Source of the DNA: a virus
Lineage: Duplodnaviria > Caudoviricetes
DNA length: 64,000 nt
Virus record (IMG/VR): IMGVR_UViG_3300020576_005257
Coordinates: 128,001-192,000 of that record
Direction: 5' to 3' (one strand)
Shown: piece after piece, positions 10,835 through 20,342 of the stretch
How positions within the stretch are numbered: the first letter of the stretch is position 1
Layout: every line of letters starts with the position of its first letter
The notes under the pieces: generated by a model
The model's database searches: none
Told to the model about the DNA's origin: nothing
Seen by the model: the letters and a program-made list of their open reading frames with translations, nothing else
Program-made: the position numbers and the translations under genes

Positions 10835-12517
10835 TTAACTCTTAGCTACTGGATCCTTTACTTCAAAAATAATTGCCTCAGTAGTAAGAATAGTCCCAGC
10901 TACACTAGCAGCATTAGTAATAACTTGCTTAGTAACCTGTGCAGGGTCAATAATACCAGCCTCAAACATATCTACATACTCACCAGTTCTAGCATTAAAC
11001 CCATAAGCAGATCTGGTCTTCTTATTAAAAGATTCAGTTCTATTTGGTCTACCTCTCTTACCAGTGATAATCTTAGGATCTGAAATCATTTCTAAAACAT
11101 GCCCACCATTGTATCCTGCATTTTCAGCAATAATAATTGCTGGATAGGTCAAAGCTTTAAGGAACAAATCATATCCGACTTGAGTGTCTTCGTCTGCAAA
11201 GACTCTCTTCTTTTGTTTGAGAATGCTTTGTATTCTAAGCAGAGCAACACCACCCCCAGCCACAATTCCTCCAGCCAACGCAGCTTTAGTAGCAGAGATA
11301 GAGTCTTCATATCTGTACTTCTTTTCATCCAATTCTGGACCAGTAGCAGCACCAATATTAATTACAGCAATACCGCTAGTAAGTTTTGCTATACGAATCT
11401 CATAAAATTCCTTCTTGAAAGGAAAATCTTCAACTTCATCTTTTCGACTTAATAGAAGTTCAACATAAGCATCCTTCTCTTCCTGGGTAGCAGTACCAAA
11501 AATGGTTGTAGTATCTTGTGTAATGACTACCTTCTCAGCAGTACCTAAATGTTTAATTAAATCAACATTCTCAATTTTTGTACCAAGTTCCTTAGTGATA
11601 ACAGTAGCATTGGTAAGAGCAGCAATATCTCTCATCCAATCTAAGGCCCTAGCACCATGTCCTGGTGTTTTCACACTCATCCATAGAAAGCCCTTTTCAA
11701 CCTTATTAAGAGCCAAAGTTCCTAAAGCTTCTCCATCCACATCACCAACAATTAAGAGTTTTTGTGATGCACCAAATGTTTTAACAAACTTTTCAAGGAA
11801 ACCATGAATATCTCTGGCAGCTCTGATGCTGTCTTCAAAAATCAAAACCTTAACATTATCCTTCATGACAGCTTCCATTTTATCAAGATCAGTCATAAAG
11901 TAAGGACTTTGAAGCCCCTGGTCAAAACACATACCTTCTGCGATATCCACAGTGGTTTCATTACTTGAACCAGGCTGGAAAGCTACTACTCCATTCTTAC
12001 CTACCTTCGTAAATGCATCTGCCACAGTCTTCCCAACCTCTTCATCATTTCCAGACACAGTAGCAATACTCAGAAGATCTTCGTAAGACGTAAGCTCAAT
12101 AGGAGAAGTAATAAGATCCAAGGCCTCTACTGCATCTCTAGCAGCTTTTTCGATTCCTTCTTTTAATCTCACACCATTTCTTTGAAGTCCAACTTGCTTC
12201 AAGCCTTCTATAATAATAGCCTGTGCAAGCACGGTGCTGGAACTGGTGCCGTCTCCTGCACGATCATTAGTGGTACTAGCTGCTTGTTTAAGAAGCTGAG
12301 CCCCTAATGCTTCAGCTGGGTCCTCTAAGAAAATGCTTCTGGCAACAGTAACTCCGTCTTTAGTAACTCTAGGTGGAACCCACTCATTACCTTGACTAAT
12401 AACTACATTTCTTCCACCAGGTCCTAAAGTGGTTCGCACAGCATTTGCGATTTTGTTTACACCACTTAGAATGGCTTCTCTGGCTTGTTCAGAATAAAGG
12501 GTCACGTTCTTTTTCAT
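10835..12517 (-). CDS. groEL: Phage-encoded group I chaperonin (GroEL/Cpn60-like), divergent
   Basis: TLGPGGRNV, TKDGVTVA, AGDGTSS, EGMCFDQG, GGGVALL, GIIDPAQV motifs; 560 aa; no GGM tail. Confidence 0.96.
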   Translation of the reverse strand: MKKNVTLYSEQAREAILSGVNKIANAVRTTLGPGGRNVVISQGNEWVPPRVTKDGVTVARSIFLEDPAEALGAQLLKQAASTTNDRAGDGTSSSTVLAQAIIIEGLKQVGLQRNGVRLKEGIEKAARDAVEALDLITSPIELTSYEDLLSIATVSGNDEEVGKTVADAFTKVGKNGVVAFQPGSSNETTVDIAEGMCFDQGLQSPYFMTDLDKMEAVMKDNVKVLIFEDSIRAARDIHGFLEKFVKTFGASQKLLIVGDVDGEALGTLALNKVEKGFLWMSVKTPGHGARALDWMRDIAALTNATVITKELGTKIENVDLIKHLGTAEKVVITQDTTTIFGTATQEEKDAYVELLLSRKDEVEDFPFKKEFYEIRIAKLTSGIAVINIGAATGPELDEKKYRYEDSISATKAALAGGIVAGGGVALLRIQSILKQKKRVFADEDTQVGYDLFLKALTYPAIIIAENAGYNGGHVLEMISDPKIITGKRGRPNRTESFNKKTRSAYGFNARTGEYVDMFEAGIIDPAQVTKQVITNAASVAGTILTTEAIIFEVKDPVAKS

Positions 12518-12522
12518 AAGTC

Positions 12523-13032
12523 TTAGTTTTTATTTTGTCTGTCAATAGCAATACCCACAGCTAACGCATCAGAAATAGCGTGTAGCTTATATTTGGGAAA
12601 GCCTTTAGTTGTACTGGAAAAATTAGTGTAGTGGTTTTTAACTACTTCTAATACATCTTCTTTCTCGGCATCATTATTACCTGTTAGTAATAATTTAACC
12701 TTTCTTGGTGAAATAATGGAGAACTCAACATTTTTTGAGGTGAGTAAACCAATCATCAATCCTTGAATTAAAGCTAAAGCTTTTACAGCAGAAGCACTTT
12801 TAGATCCAACAGGAATCTCATATCTACATTCTGTGATTTGATATTTATCAATAATCTCAAGTAATTCTCTTGCAATAAGACCAACTCTACGAGTTGTATC
12901 ATCTTGCTTCAAAGTTTTTTTGTCTTTACTAGTTTCAGTTTTAATGCACCCTGATTCTAGGATTACGGCATCTTCAACAACACCCCATCCAAATTCTCTG
13001 AGACTTGGGTCACATAATAACACACGCATCAA
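12523..13032 (-). CDS. ruvC: RuvC-like Holliday junction resolvase
   Basis: LCDPSLREFGWGVV (motif I Asp), YE (motif II), SPRKVK..LTG...AEKEDV, AISDALAV (motif III). Confidence 0.85.
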   Translation of the reverse strand: MMRVLLCDPSLREFGWGVVEDAVILESGCIKTETSKDKKTLKQDDTTRRVGLIARELLEIIDKYQITECRYEIPVGSKSASAVKALALIQGLMIGLLTSKNVEFSIISPRKVKLLLTGNNDAEKEDVLEVVKNHYTNFSSTTKGFPKYKLHAISDALAVGIAIDRQNKN

Positions 13033-13040
13033 TGGTAGTG

Positions 13041-14468
13041 TTATTCAAAAGTACCCAATCCGATTACTTTATTATCAATATTTTCATTTATTTGCCATTT
13101 TAATCCAGGCCAATACTTAAAAGCTTTAATTCTTTGTCTTTTATTATTGTTTTCTACATCAACCATTTTAGTTTTCAATAGTAAGAAATCGGAAGAATTC
13201 TTATAGGTGTTGGGATGTAGGGTAACACCAGAGGCACTAGCAGTCCAATTATCTACCACCCAATAAACTGAGACATTATCTAATCTGGAGGGGGAGTAGC
13301 CGTTTATGGTAACTACTCCTGAAACGTTAGTTACTTCGTATGGGTTGTTTTCAATAAAAGCGGTTCCTCTGACAACATCACTATACATACTATTTAAAGT
13401 ACCAGAAGAATTTAGGGTTAAACGAGATTCTAGGAAGGTTTCTGTTTGTAGGGTGTGTGCAATGGTAAAACCGCTGTAACTGCTGTCTACGGTGCCTGTA
13501 GCCCCAGGAACAAGGGTTTCTACGGAGTATTGTCCTACAGCAATTGCTAAAGCATTTTTTAAATGACTAGTCCTCTGGTCTACAGAAAACCATGAGGTCG
13601 CTAAAAGCTTATTACCTAAATCCAAAGAGTCTTCATTTCTAAATCTCTTTAATAGATAAAGTAAACCCTTATCATCAACAGAGTTCCAAATTGATACTCG
13701 ATTTGCATATACAGCTTCGTTATCAAACTGTAAAAGAACTCTATCTAGACTTTTTGCTGTTTCTCTGTTTAAAGTTCTTACATAAAGATTTTTATTCGTT
13801 TTTAATCCTAGTAAACCGTCTTCTCTGACCTGACCAGGAAGTAATGGAATCCAAGCACCAGAGTAAGGGTGTTTCCAATAAGACAGTGCAGTTGATTCAA
13901 ATTTAGTGCTACTAGAAACATACTGCCATTCAGTATTACGGCTCTCGGAAATTTGTTCTTGTAGAGACAAACCATAAAACAAAAATTCATTATTCTGTTG
14001 TTTATATGTCCACGTAGGGGAAGTAAATAAACTTAAATCAGATTGCACCTGATTAATTGTGTATAAGGAATTATCAGTTAACTTGGCCTGAATAGTTGTA
14101 TAGGTTTGTGGATAAGATGTATACCAAGCAGTATCTGGTTCAACTACATCAAAACCCCCACCCCTAGTCAAATATAATGATTGTAAAGAAGGTAACAGGT
14201 ATTGGAACTCAGTAAAAATAGATCCAAGTAGTTTCTGAAAATTATTACTGCTCTCTTCTCTTGAAGGTTCTGTGAGAACCCAACTAACAGGTACAGCTCC
14301 ACTTGTAGCTAAAGTAAGCGTAGAAGTAGCTGGAACAGTAGAGAACTCTGGTAAAAACTGTGGCTCATTAATTGAAGTATATGAGTTACATGAGAACCAT
14401 CTAGGCAACCGCTCTAAAGGCGGAGACCAAGAATCTAAAAGTTCTGTATATTGTAAACTCCAATTCAA
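13041..14468 (-). CDS. Baseplate wedge-like protein (paralog of 9468..10802)
   Basis: 475 aa; LPRW; NSVDDKGLLYLLKRFRNEDSLDL; directly follows baseplate J. Confidence 0.55.
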   Translation of the reverse strand: MNWSLQYTELLDSWSPPLERLPRWFSCNSYTSINEPQFLPEFSTVPATSTLTLATSGAVPVSWVLTEPSREESSNNFQKLLGSIFTEFQYLLPSLQSLYLTRGGGFDVVEPDTAWYTSYPQTYTTIQAKLTDNSLYTINQVQSDLSLFTSPTWTYKQQNNEFLFYGLSLQEQISESRNTEWQYVSSSTKFESTALSYWKHPYSGAWIPLLPGQVREDGLLGLKTNKNLYVRTLNRETAKSLDRVLLQFDNEAVYANRVSIWNSVDDKGLLYLLKRFRNEDSLDLGNKLLATSWFSVDQRTSHLKNALAIAVGQYSVETLVPGATGTVDSSYSGFTIAHTLQTETFLESRLTLNSSGTLNSMYSDVVRGTAFIENNPYEVTNVSGVVTINGYSPSRLDNVSVYWVVDNWTASASGVTLHPNTYKNSSDFLLLKTKMVDVENNNKRQRIKAFKYWPGLKWQINENIDNKVIGLGTFE

Positions 14469-14480
14469 CCAATTTACCTC

Positions 14481-15596
14481 TTATTGAACTGACAAAGTTC
14501 TTAAGACAATCTGTTCACCCAAAGCCACTCTAATTTCTCCCTCAGGAGAAAGTGGAAAACCATCTAAACTCCCAGTAATAGAAGCATCTATGACACCAAT
14601 ATCTGAACTAGCAGCTATGTTTCTAAGCTGAGACATAAATACCGAACCAGCCCCACTTCCATTTTCTATTGGTAGAGCATCTAATCTGGACATAATTTGA
14701 GACTTAACGGCTTGTCTTACTGAATCTTGATTAGTAAAAGTTACAGCAAACTTTAAGCTAATTTTAATATCTAAAATTCTAGCAATTGGAAGCTTAGCTT
14801 TACCGCTAACTCCAACTGGAACTGCATCATCCAAAAGCCTCTGACACTGAGCAACTACATCATTGGCTTGAGTTTGGTGATACGGAACAACAATAGCATC
14901 AAAAGTACCAGTACCCCTGCTTAGATTCAATAATAATACATCTCTAACTCCGTCAATAGAACGAAGTAATGCAATAGTATTGTCGGGGTTTAGAACGTTT
15001 CTTCTTCGATATTCTTGAAGAATACGTTCTCGATAACTGGCATCAGACTCAGTAAAACTACCGTTTTCAATGGGGATGATATTGGTAACTTTAATAGAAG
15101 TAGTGGGCACGTTGTGGCTATTTAATTCCCCAACTCCAACATTAAAAGCTGGCCCTGATTCGGCAGCACTAACATGAACATCTACTGATTGTCCTGCTGG
15201 CACAGCAGCACCTTCCACGGTGAAAAAGGCTGTGTTAATTTCGTTTGCCTTCCACACACGAGTACTAGTAGGTATGTTAATAGTAGTACCACCTAAATTA
15301 GTAAATCTAACAGCTTTTGTTTGACCTAAAGTGGTGGCTCTAGATTCAGTTTTTCTTTGTACTCCAATGAGCAGACCCATTTGATCCAAAGAACCACCTG
15401 TAGCAGTAGTTAAATTTGATTGATTGTACAGTTCTTCTATATAGGCCCAGACACTATCTAGCTCAGCTCCTACGAGCTTCACAATCATACCTATAATACT
15501 GCCATCTAAATCAGCTTGAATAGCAGTAGATTCAGCAAGGATTCGATTATAAATCCTATCTATGATTTCGTTCTTAGAAGGTCTTGGTACTGCCAT
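14481..15596 (-). CDS. Baseplate J-like wedge protein
   Basis: TATGGSLDQMGLLIGVQRK, GPAFNVGVGEL, ESDASYRERI, GTGTFDAIV signatures. Confidence 0.9.
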   Translation of the reverse strand: MAVPRPSKNEIIDRIYNRILAESTAIQADLDGSIIGMIVKLVGAELDSVWAYIEELYNQSNLTTATGGSLDQMGLLIGVQRKTESRATTLGQTKAVRFTNLGGTTINIPTSTRVWKANEINTAFFTVEGAAVPAGQSVDVHVSAAESGPAFNVGVGELNSHNVPTTSIKVTNIIPIENGSFTESDASYRERILQEYRRRNVLNPDNTIALLRSIDGVRDVLLLNLSRGTGTFDAIVVPYHQTQANDVVAQCQRLLDDAVPVGVSGKAKLPIARILDIKISLKFAVTFTNQDSVRQAVKSQIMSRLDALPIENGSGAGSVFMSQLRNIAASSDIGVIDASITGSLDGFPLSPEGEIRVALGEQIVLRTLSVQ

Positions 15597-15626
15597 GTTT
15601 TCTGCCCAATTGTAGGAACTACTAGG

Positions 15627-15634
15627 AAATAGAG
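15627..15634 (-). promoter_or_regulatory. CTCTATTT motif (candidate late promoter)
   Basis: ~30 nt before baseplate J start. Confidence 0.5.
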
Positions 15635-15635
15635 G

Positions 15636-15932
15636 TTAACAAGGTCTCTTTACAACCATAGTAATCGTTGAATTCTTAGTATCTATCTCATAAGATTTCA
15701 AAGTTACATAAACAAATTTGGATTTCTTGCTATTAGATTCAAATTCCATTACATAAACCTGACCAGGAATTAGCTGTTTAGAAACATCTTTATCTGTGTC
15801 AATTGTAATAGTATAAATAGACCTAAGAAAGTGTTTTTTAATATGTTGACACTTGGAAATTAAAGACCTATCAAAAGCTTTTTTATCTTTCCAGTTTCTG
15901 TTCTCTTTAATTCTATATAGAAAATATTTCAT
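15636..15932 (-). CDS. Small basic hypothetical protein
   Basis: 98 aa Lys-rich ORF filling the gap between glycosyltransferase and baseplate J. Confidence 0.5.
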   Translation of the reverse strand: MKYFLYRIKENRNWKDKKAFDRSLISKCQHIKKHFLRSIYTITIDTDKDVSKQLIPGQVYVMEFESNSKKSKFVYVTLKSYEIDTKNSTITMVVKRPC

Positions 15933-15942
15933 AAATCAAAAA

Positions 15943-17238
15943 TTATCCATGTGAATTGCGACAACAATTCTTATATTTAGCTCCAGGTGTTCCACAAGGA
16001 CATGGGTCATTCCTATCAGTAACACCCCAAGCTTTTCTCTTTGATTTCAAATTAGGTCCCAACTTCCCAGCCTTAGCATTTTCTATACCATTTCTCCATG
16101 CCATAGGCCATCTGTGAAAGTTAACTTCTAATGAGTAGTCAGTAACCGCAAGCTTTCTATTATTAAGTTGCATGTGGTTCCTAAGATCATGATCTACAAC
16201 CAATTTCTCAATAGCTTTATACCAAGTATCATAATTACCTTTACCCTGCCCCACAATTAAAGTAGATTCAGGATGTTGTCTAGCTAACTTAGAATAAGGT
16301 GCTACATTAGAAGCAATCATAGCTTGACCAGCAGCAAACCCTTCCAGCAGCTTGAGGTTCGATTTAGAAGCATTAAAAGCACAAGGATGAATAGGAGCTA
16401 GACCAATATCAGCACCAAACAACCCTACAGGATGATCTAGAAAATGTCGTGGTTCAACTAATGTATATCTCCCCTCAGGAATTTTCCATACGCTATTTAA
16501 AAAGCCAAACAAATCTGGAGCACCATAAAAAGCAAAATGAGTTTGTGGGTAGTCATTAAGTATTTTTGCCATAACTGGGAAAATCTGCTCTAGATCTGTT
16601 AAATGACTAGAACCTCCAGAATACATAATAACAATCTTATCTTCCCATTCTTTTGGTTTTCTGATAGGCATAGCTTCAAAAATAGGGTTACCATTTTGCC
16701 AAGAAACGTTTACGTTCCAATTTCTTAAACTGAAGTCAATATAGTTTCCAACTACTTCAATATTTTGATTAAACCTGTCGTAAGTTTGTTTGAGTTCTTC
16801 AGTTGTAACAGTCATCCCTTGGCTGTTTCTCATAAACTTCTCTAACCAAACAAGATTATCGGATCCAGGCTGATAAACACTGTAAGCAGGATTTGTGGGA
16901 AGAACAGTATGAAGGTCATCATCAATTTCAAACCACAAAAATTTACCTTCCCATTGAAGAATCCTAAACATTTCATAGGCTTCTGGGTTATGTTGTCTAG
17001 GAGCTACAATAATATCTGAATCAATAAATTGTTGTAAATTTTGAATTGAGCTATACTGTACTTGGGCTCCATGTTGTTTCAACATGTGTAATGGATTTAT
17101 AACCCTATAATGACCACAGGCACCATTATCTGCAACAAGACCTACTACCTTTAAGTCTTTATATTGATTAGTTATTTGTTGATCTGGAAGAGTGGTGGTA
17201 GAAGTAGAAACTTTCTCCAATAATAGTTCAGAATTCAT
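15943..17238 (-). CDS. GT-B fold glycosyltransferase (GT4-like) with C-terminal SEC-C Zn motif
   Basis: GACGHYRV, EIDDDL, GGSSH, DIGLAP...FNASKSNLKLLEG.AAG..IASNV.PY; C-terminal RNDPCPCGTPGAKYKNCC. Confidence 0.88.
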   Translation of the reverse strand: MNSELLLEKVSTSTTTLPDQQITNQYKDLKVVGLVADNGACGHYRVINPLHMLKQHGAQVQYSSIQNLQQFIDSDIIVAPRQHNPEAYEMFRILQWEGKFLWFEIDDDLHTVLPTNPAYSVYQPGSDNLVWLEKFMRNSQGMTVTTEELKQTYDRFNQNIEVVGNYIDFSLRNWNVNVSWQNGNPIFEAMPIRKPKEWEDKIVIMYSGGSSHLTDLEQIFPVMAKILNDYPQTHFAFYGAPDLFGFLNSVWKIPEGRYTLVEPRHFLDHPVGLFGADIGLAPIHPCAFNASKSNLKLLEGFAAGQAMIASNVAPYSKLARQHPESTLIVGQGKGNYDTWYKAIEKLVVDHDLRNHMQLNNRKLAVTDYSLEVNFHRWPMAWRNGIENAKAGKLGPNLKSKRKAWGVTDRNDPCPCGTPGAKYKNCCRNSHG

Positions 17239-17255
17239 TCTAAATTTTAGTGTAA

Positions 17256-17669
17256 TTACTCAATACTATGTTCTATTCTGGGGAATACCTCTCCCCTTTT
17301 TAGATCCAATGTGCTACTAACTTGGATAACTTTATCTATATCTTCTACAGAAGGAATTTCAATTAACACAAACACTTCATCTCCATCTAATGGAACACAT
17401 TTCACAGTTATGGCAACAATTGAAAAGTCTTGCGTTAAAGTTCTTTTAATAGATTCTTCAATCAAAAGCCTTGTAGCAGAATTATTCTGTCTTCCAATAA
17501 ACTCTTCTAAGCTTGTTCCAAGAGTTGGAGTAAGAGTATAATCGCCTTTCATAGTTTTAAGCCTGAATATAATGGCTTGAACCAACTGTTTGTCCCCAGT
17601 AACTGTTTCCAAGTCACCAGCAGAACTAATTACCAAATCCCCATCATCAGTAAGTTTTAAATCTCTCAT
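17256..17669 (-). CDS. gp25/W-like baseplate wedge (sheath initiator)
   Basis: DLKLTDDGDLVI..GDL..V.G...LVQ.I..RLKT.KGD....P.LG..LE..IG. Confidence 0.85.
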   Translation of the reverse strand: MRDLKLTDDGDLVISSAGDLETVTGDKQLVQAIIFRLKTMKGDYTLTPTLGTSLEEFIGRQNNSATRLLIEESIKRTLTQDFSIVAITVKCVPLDGDEVFVLIEIPSVEDIDKVIQVSSTLDLKRGEVFPRIEHSIE

Positions 17670-18214
17670 TTCTTCCCAACCTTATCCATAAATAGATCAT
17701 GGTGATCTTGTTCTGGAGTGTCAACCAATTCATAATTAGTAAACAAGTATTCTTTTTCTACAATTTTAGTTAAAGGTATTTTATTGTAGATTTCACCTGT
17801 ATTAGGGTCCGCCCTAGTAGTTTGATCCATAACAAAATAATCTTCCAGTTTTAGATCCTTTTTTACTATTAGTAGTTTGTAATCTAAATCTAGTTTCTCG
17901 TTTAATACTCGACTACCTATAGTTACATCAAACCAACTAATAGACGGGAAAGCTACATTTTTGGCAGTTGATACAAAAGCACTTGAAATAACAGCAAGTT
18001 GTCCCCATATGTCACCAATAACTCTGGTTTGACCAGCATATAAATCAAATTGACCTTGGTCTCTATAAACAGTACCCAGAGGTAAATCTGTGTGTCTTTG
18101 ACCTATCTCAGTATCAGAATAGGTGAGAAGATTAGACCTAATAGTCTGACTCTCCATCCTTTCCAGAAAAGTCTGTAAGGCTATTCGTGCCTGTTCAAAT
18201 ACGCTTATACTCAT
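17666..18214 (-). CDS. Putative baseplate/spike-associated protein
   Basis: 182 aa; position upstream of gp25-like gene. Confidence 0.4.
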   Translation of the reverse strand: MSISVFEQARIALQTFLERMESQTIRSNLLTYSDTEIGQRHTDLPLGTVYRDQGQFDLYAGQTRVIGDIWGQLAVISSAFVSTAKNVAFPSISWFDVTIGSRVLNEKLDLDYKLLIVKKDLKLEDYFVMDQTTRADPNTGEIYNKIPLTKIVEKEYLFTNYELVDTPEQDHHDLFMDKVGKK

Positions 18215-18906
18215 GGTTTGTTTATTGCATCCAGTACGCCATTAACCTTGTTAATGTTAGTGTTTTCAAAAGGATCCATAGGTGCAACGCCACCATTTTG
18301 CTTATTCAAAATATTATTAGTAGGTATACCAAGAAATTGTAAAACAGCATTGGGAATAGCACAAGTTCCTGTAGCATTATTAGTACCCTGTGCTGTTTTT
18401 TTAATGGCATCTGTTTGAGGTACATCTTGACCTATATTTCCGACCATAGGGGGAGGATTAACAGGAGCATTAGCGGTTAAAGTACCGCCTTTAGGTAATT
18501 GAGTAGTTCTCCCAGCTACAACAGTAGGCATAGTTGTTCTACCAGCAGCGAAATTAAGTTCTACTTCTATAAGTTGATTAGCATCTATGTTTGCTTCCGT
18601 CCCAGCAGACTTACCAGAGTTACCAGATAATGCACCCCAAGAAATTTTAGGTCCAAGAACAGTCCTATAATCAGTTCCTTCTGGACTACGATACACCACA
18701 GCAAGTCCTGTAGTAACAGCCTTAACCCTCTCAGCCCAAGCAGACTCTTCGTAGAGATTAATACTTGTAGTAGCACGGAGCCAAGGACTCTGAGCAAACT
18801 CAGCAACTACATCACCAGCATTAACCAAAATACCAGCACTATAGCTAGGATTAGTTCTTACTTGGTTTAAACCAGATTCATCTATTGATTCAGTAAAATC
18901 ACTCAT
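18211..18906 (-). CDS. Putative baseplate spike-region protein
   Basis: 231 aa; positional inference only. Confidence 0.35.
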   Translation of the reverse strand: MSDFTESIDESGLNQVRTNPSYSAGILVNAGDVVAEFAQSPWLRATTSINLYEESAWAERVKAVTTGLAVVYRSPEGTDYRTVLGPKISWGALSGNSGKSAGTEANIDANQLIEVELNFAAGRTTMPTVVAGRTTQLPKGGTLTANAPVNPPPMVGNIGQDVPQTDAIKKTAQGTNNATGTCAIPNAVLQFLGIPTNNILNKQNGGVAPMDPFENTNINKVNGVLDAINKP

Positions 18907-19545
18907 TTATTTAACCCCGTGAAACTCTCTTTGATTTGGTGGAATCCAACCGTTCACATTAGTCCAACTTCTATGTGATTTTCTTCTACCTTTAATCATT
19001 GCTTCAAAATTCCTAAAATCTAATCCGTTTTGTTCAGCAAACAACATGAGATTTTTGAAGTGGTGGATTTTACCTTCTGGATCAACTGCTGAATATTCTT
19101 TTCCCACTACTAATCTTTTAGCTTCAATTTGCTCTGGAGTCCTTTTCTTTCCTCTATTGCCCTCAGCTGATCTTCGAACAGCATCAGGGTCTTTTTTTGT
19201 ACCAGCTAAATGATGTCCCCCAGCCCTAGCATAATGTGTTGTATTATATAAGAGAGTTCTTTTATCATCATTGATTAATAAGTCCATGTAATATTGCTCT
19301 CTTTCAATTCTTGTTTCAATCTTACAGTTTTCTAAGATATCAAATATAAAAACTTCTGGTCCAAATTGATTCCATTCTTCTTGTAGTTGTTTACAATGAT
19401 GTTGATTTTTCCCCAATAAATTTCTATGTGTGTTAAGCCTTCTTTTCAAATAAACTGCACTTCCAATATAAACTTTATCATTAACTACATTCTTGATCTG
19501 ATAAACACCAGTTTCCCAATAACTTTTAACTTCTTTTATTCTCAT
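18907..19545 (-). mobile_element. Free-standing GIY-YIG homing endonuclease with NUMOD3-like repeats
   Basis: GVYQI...VYIGS...RR...H...EREQYY; GKKRTPEQIEAKR NUMOD3-like; C-terminal HTH-like RKSHRSW; no room for intron RNA on either side. Confidence 0.9.
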
Positions 19546-19601
19546 ACTATTTAATAGTGTAAAAGTTTATTCCCAATTTTCATCCAGTTTTTTCTCTTTT
19601 T

Positions 19602-20342
19602 CTAAGATGTACCATAATATTCTTGGTGCCATGACTCATCAAGACCCCTTCCGTCTCTAAGCCGTTCGGGATTGTACCAACCATATTGAGGACCCACACG
19701 TTCAAACCATTTATATGTTGATGTTTTTCTCATTGCTAAGGACCCTGCTACCGAAGTAGCTCTGGTTCCACTGAAATATAATTCACCAATATCTACAGCC
19801 AAAGCCCAACCATGAGGAGACTTACCAGGAGCTGCTGCCCTGCCTCCTCCTTGTAAGGTAGCTTGGTGTGCAACATTCCTATAAGCAGAAGTAACTGTGA
19901 GTCTTACCCCATCTTTTTTTGCATGTTGTTGTAGTCTAATCCATGCATCTGCTGCATCAGGTCTTAACCAATAGAACCCCTGATACCAATTTCTGTATCT
20001 GGAATTAGGTCCGATAGCTTTTAATGCTGAAAGAGGAAGATTACCATTTTGATAACCACCCCAAGCTGCCACTTTCATACCTACATTTTGATACTGAGTT
20101 ATGCCTCCTGAGTTTCCTGTTGGGACCATTGCTGGCCCTGAACTAGGGTCAACTTCTATAGTTTCTTCTGGCTCTATGTCTCTGACTAAAACCCCTAATT
20201 CTTCCAGCTGTGAAGTCTTAATAGCTGAGTAATTTAACGTATCACCCATAGATAAGTTACTTCTTTGTTGGTCCACATATCTCTGTAGTTGACCAACTAA
20301 CGTATCATTAGGTAAACCCAAATTACTAGAATAACTATCCAT
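19602..20342 (-). CDS. M15 (VanY-like) Zn peptidoglycan peptidase with shared N-terminal tag
   Basis: LRPDAADAW, SAYR, SPHGWALAVD (SxHxxxxAxD), ESWH all intact. Confidence 0.9.
   Translation of the reverse strand: MDSYSSNLGLPNDTLVGQLQRYVDQQRSNLSMGDTLNYSAIKTSQLEELGVLVRDIEPEETIEVDPSSGPAMVPTGNSGGITQYQNVGMKVAAWGGYQNGNLPLSALKAIGPNSRYRNWYQGFYWLRPDAADAWIRLQQHAKKDGVRLTVTSAYRNVAHQATLQGGGRAAAPGKSPHGWALAVDIGELYFSGTRATSVAGSLAMRKTSTYKWFERVGPQYGWYNPERLRDGRGLDESWHQEYYGTS

Noticed and set aside
18907-19601. Group I intron around the GIY-YIG gene
   Set aside because: Flanking genes are complete and only 0 and 56 nt of non-coding sequence are available.
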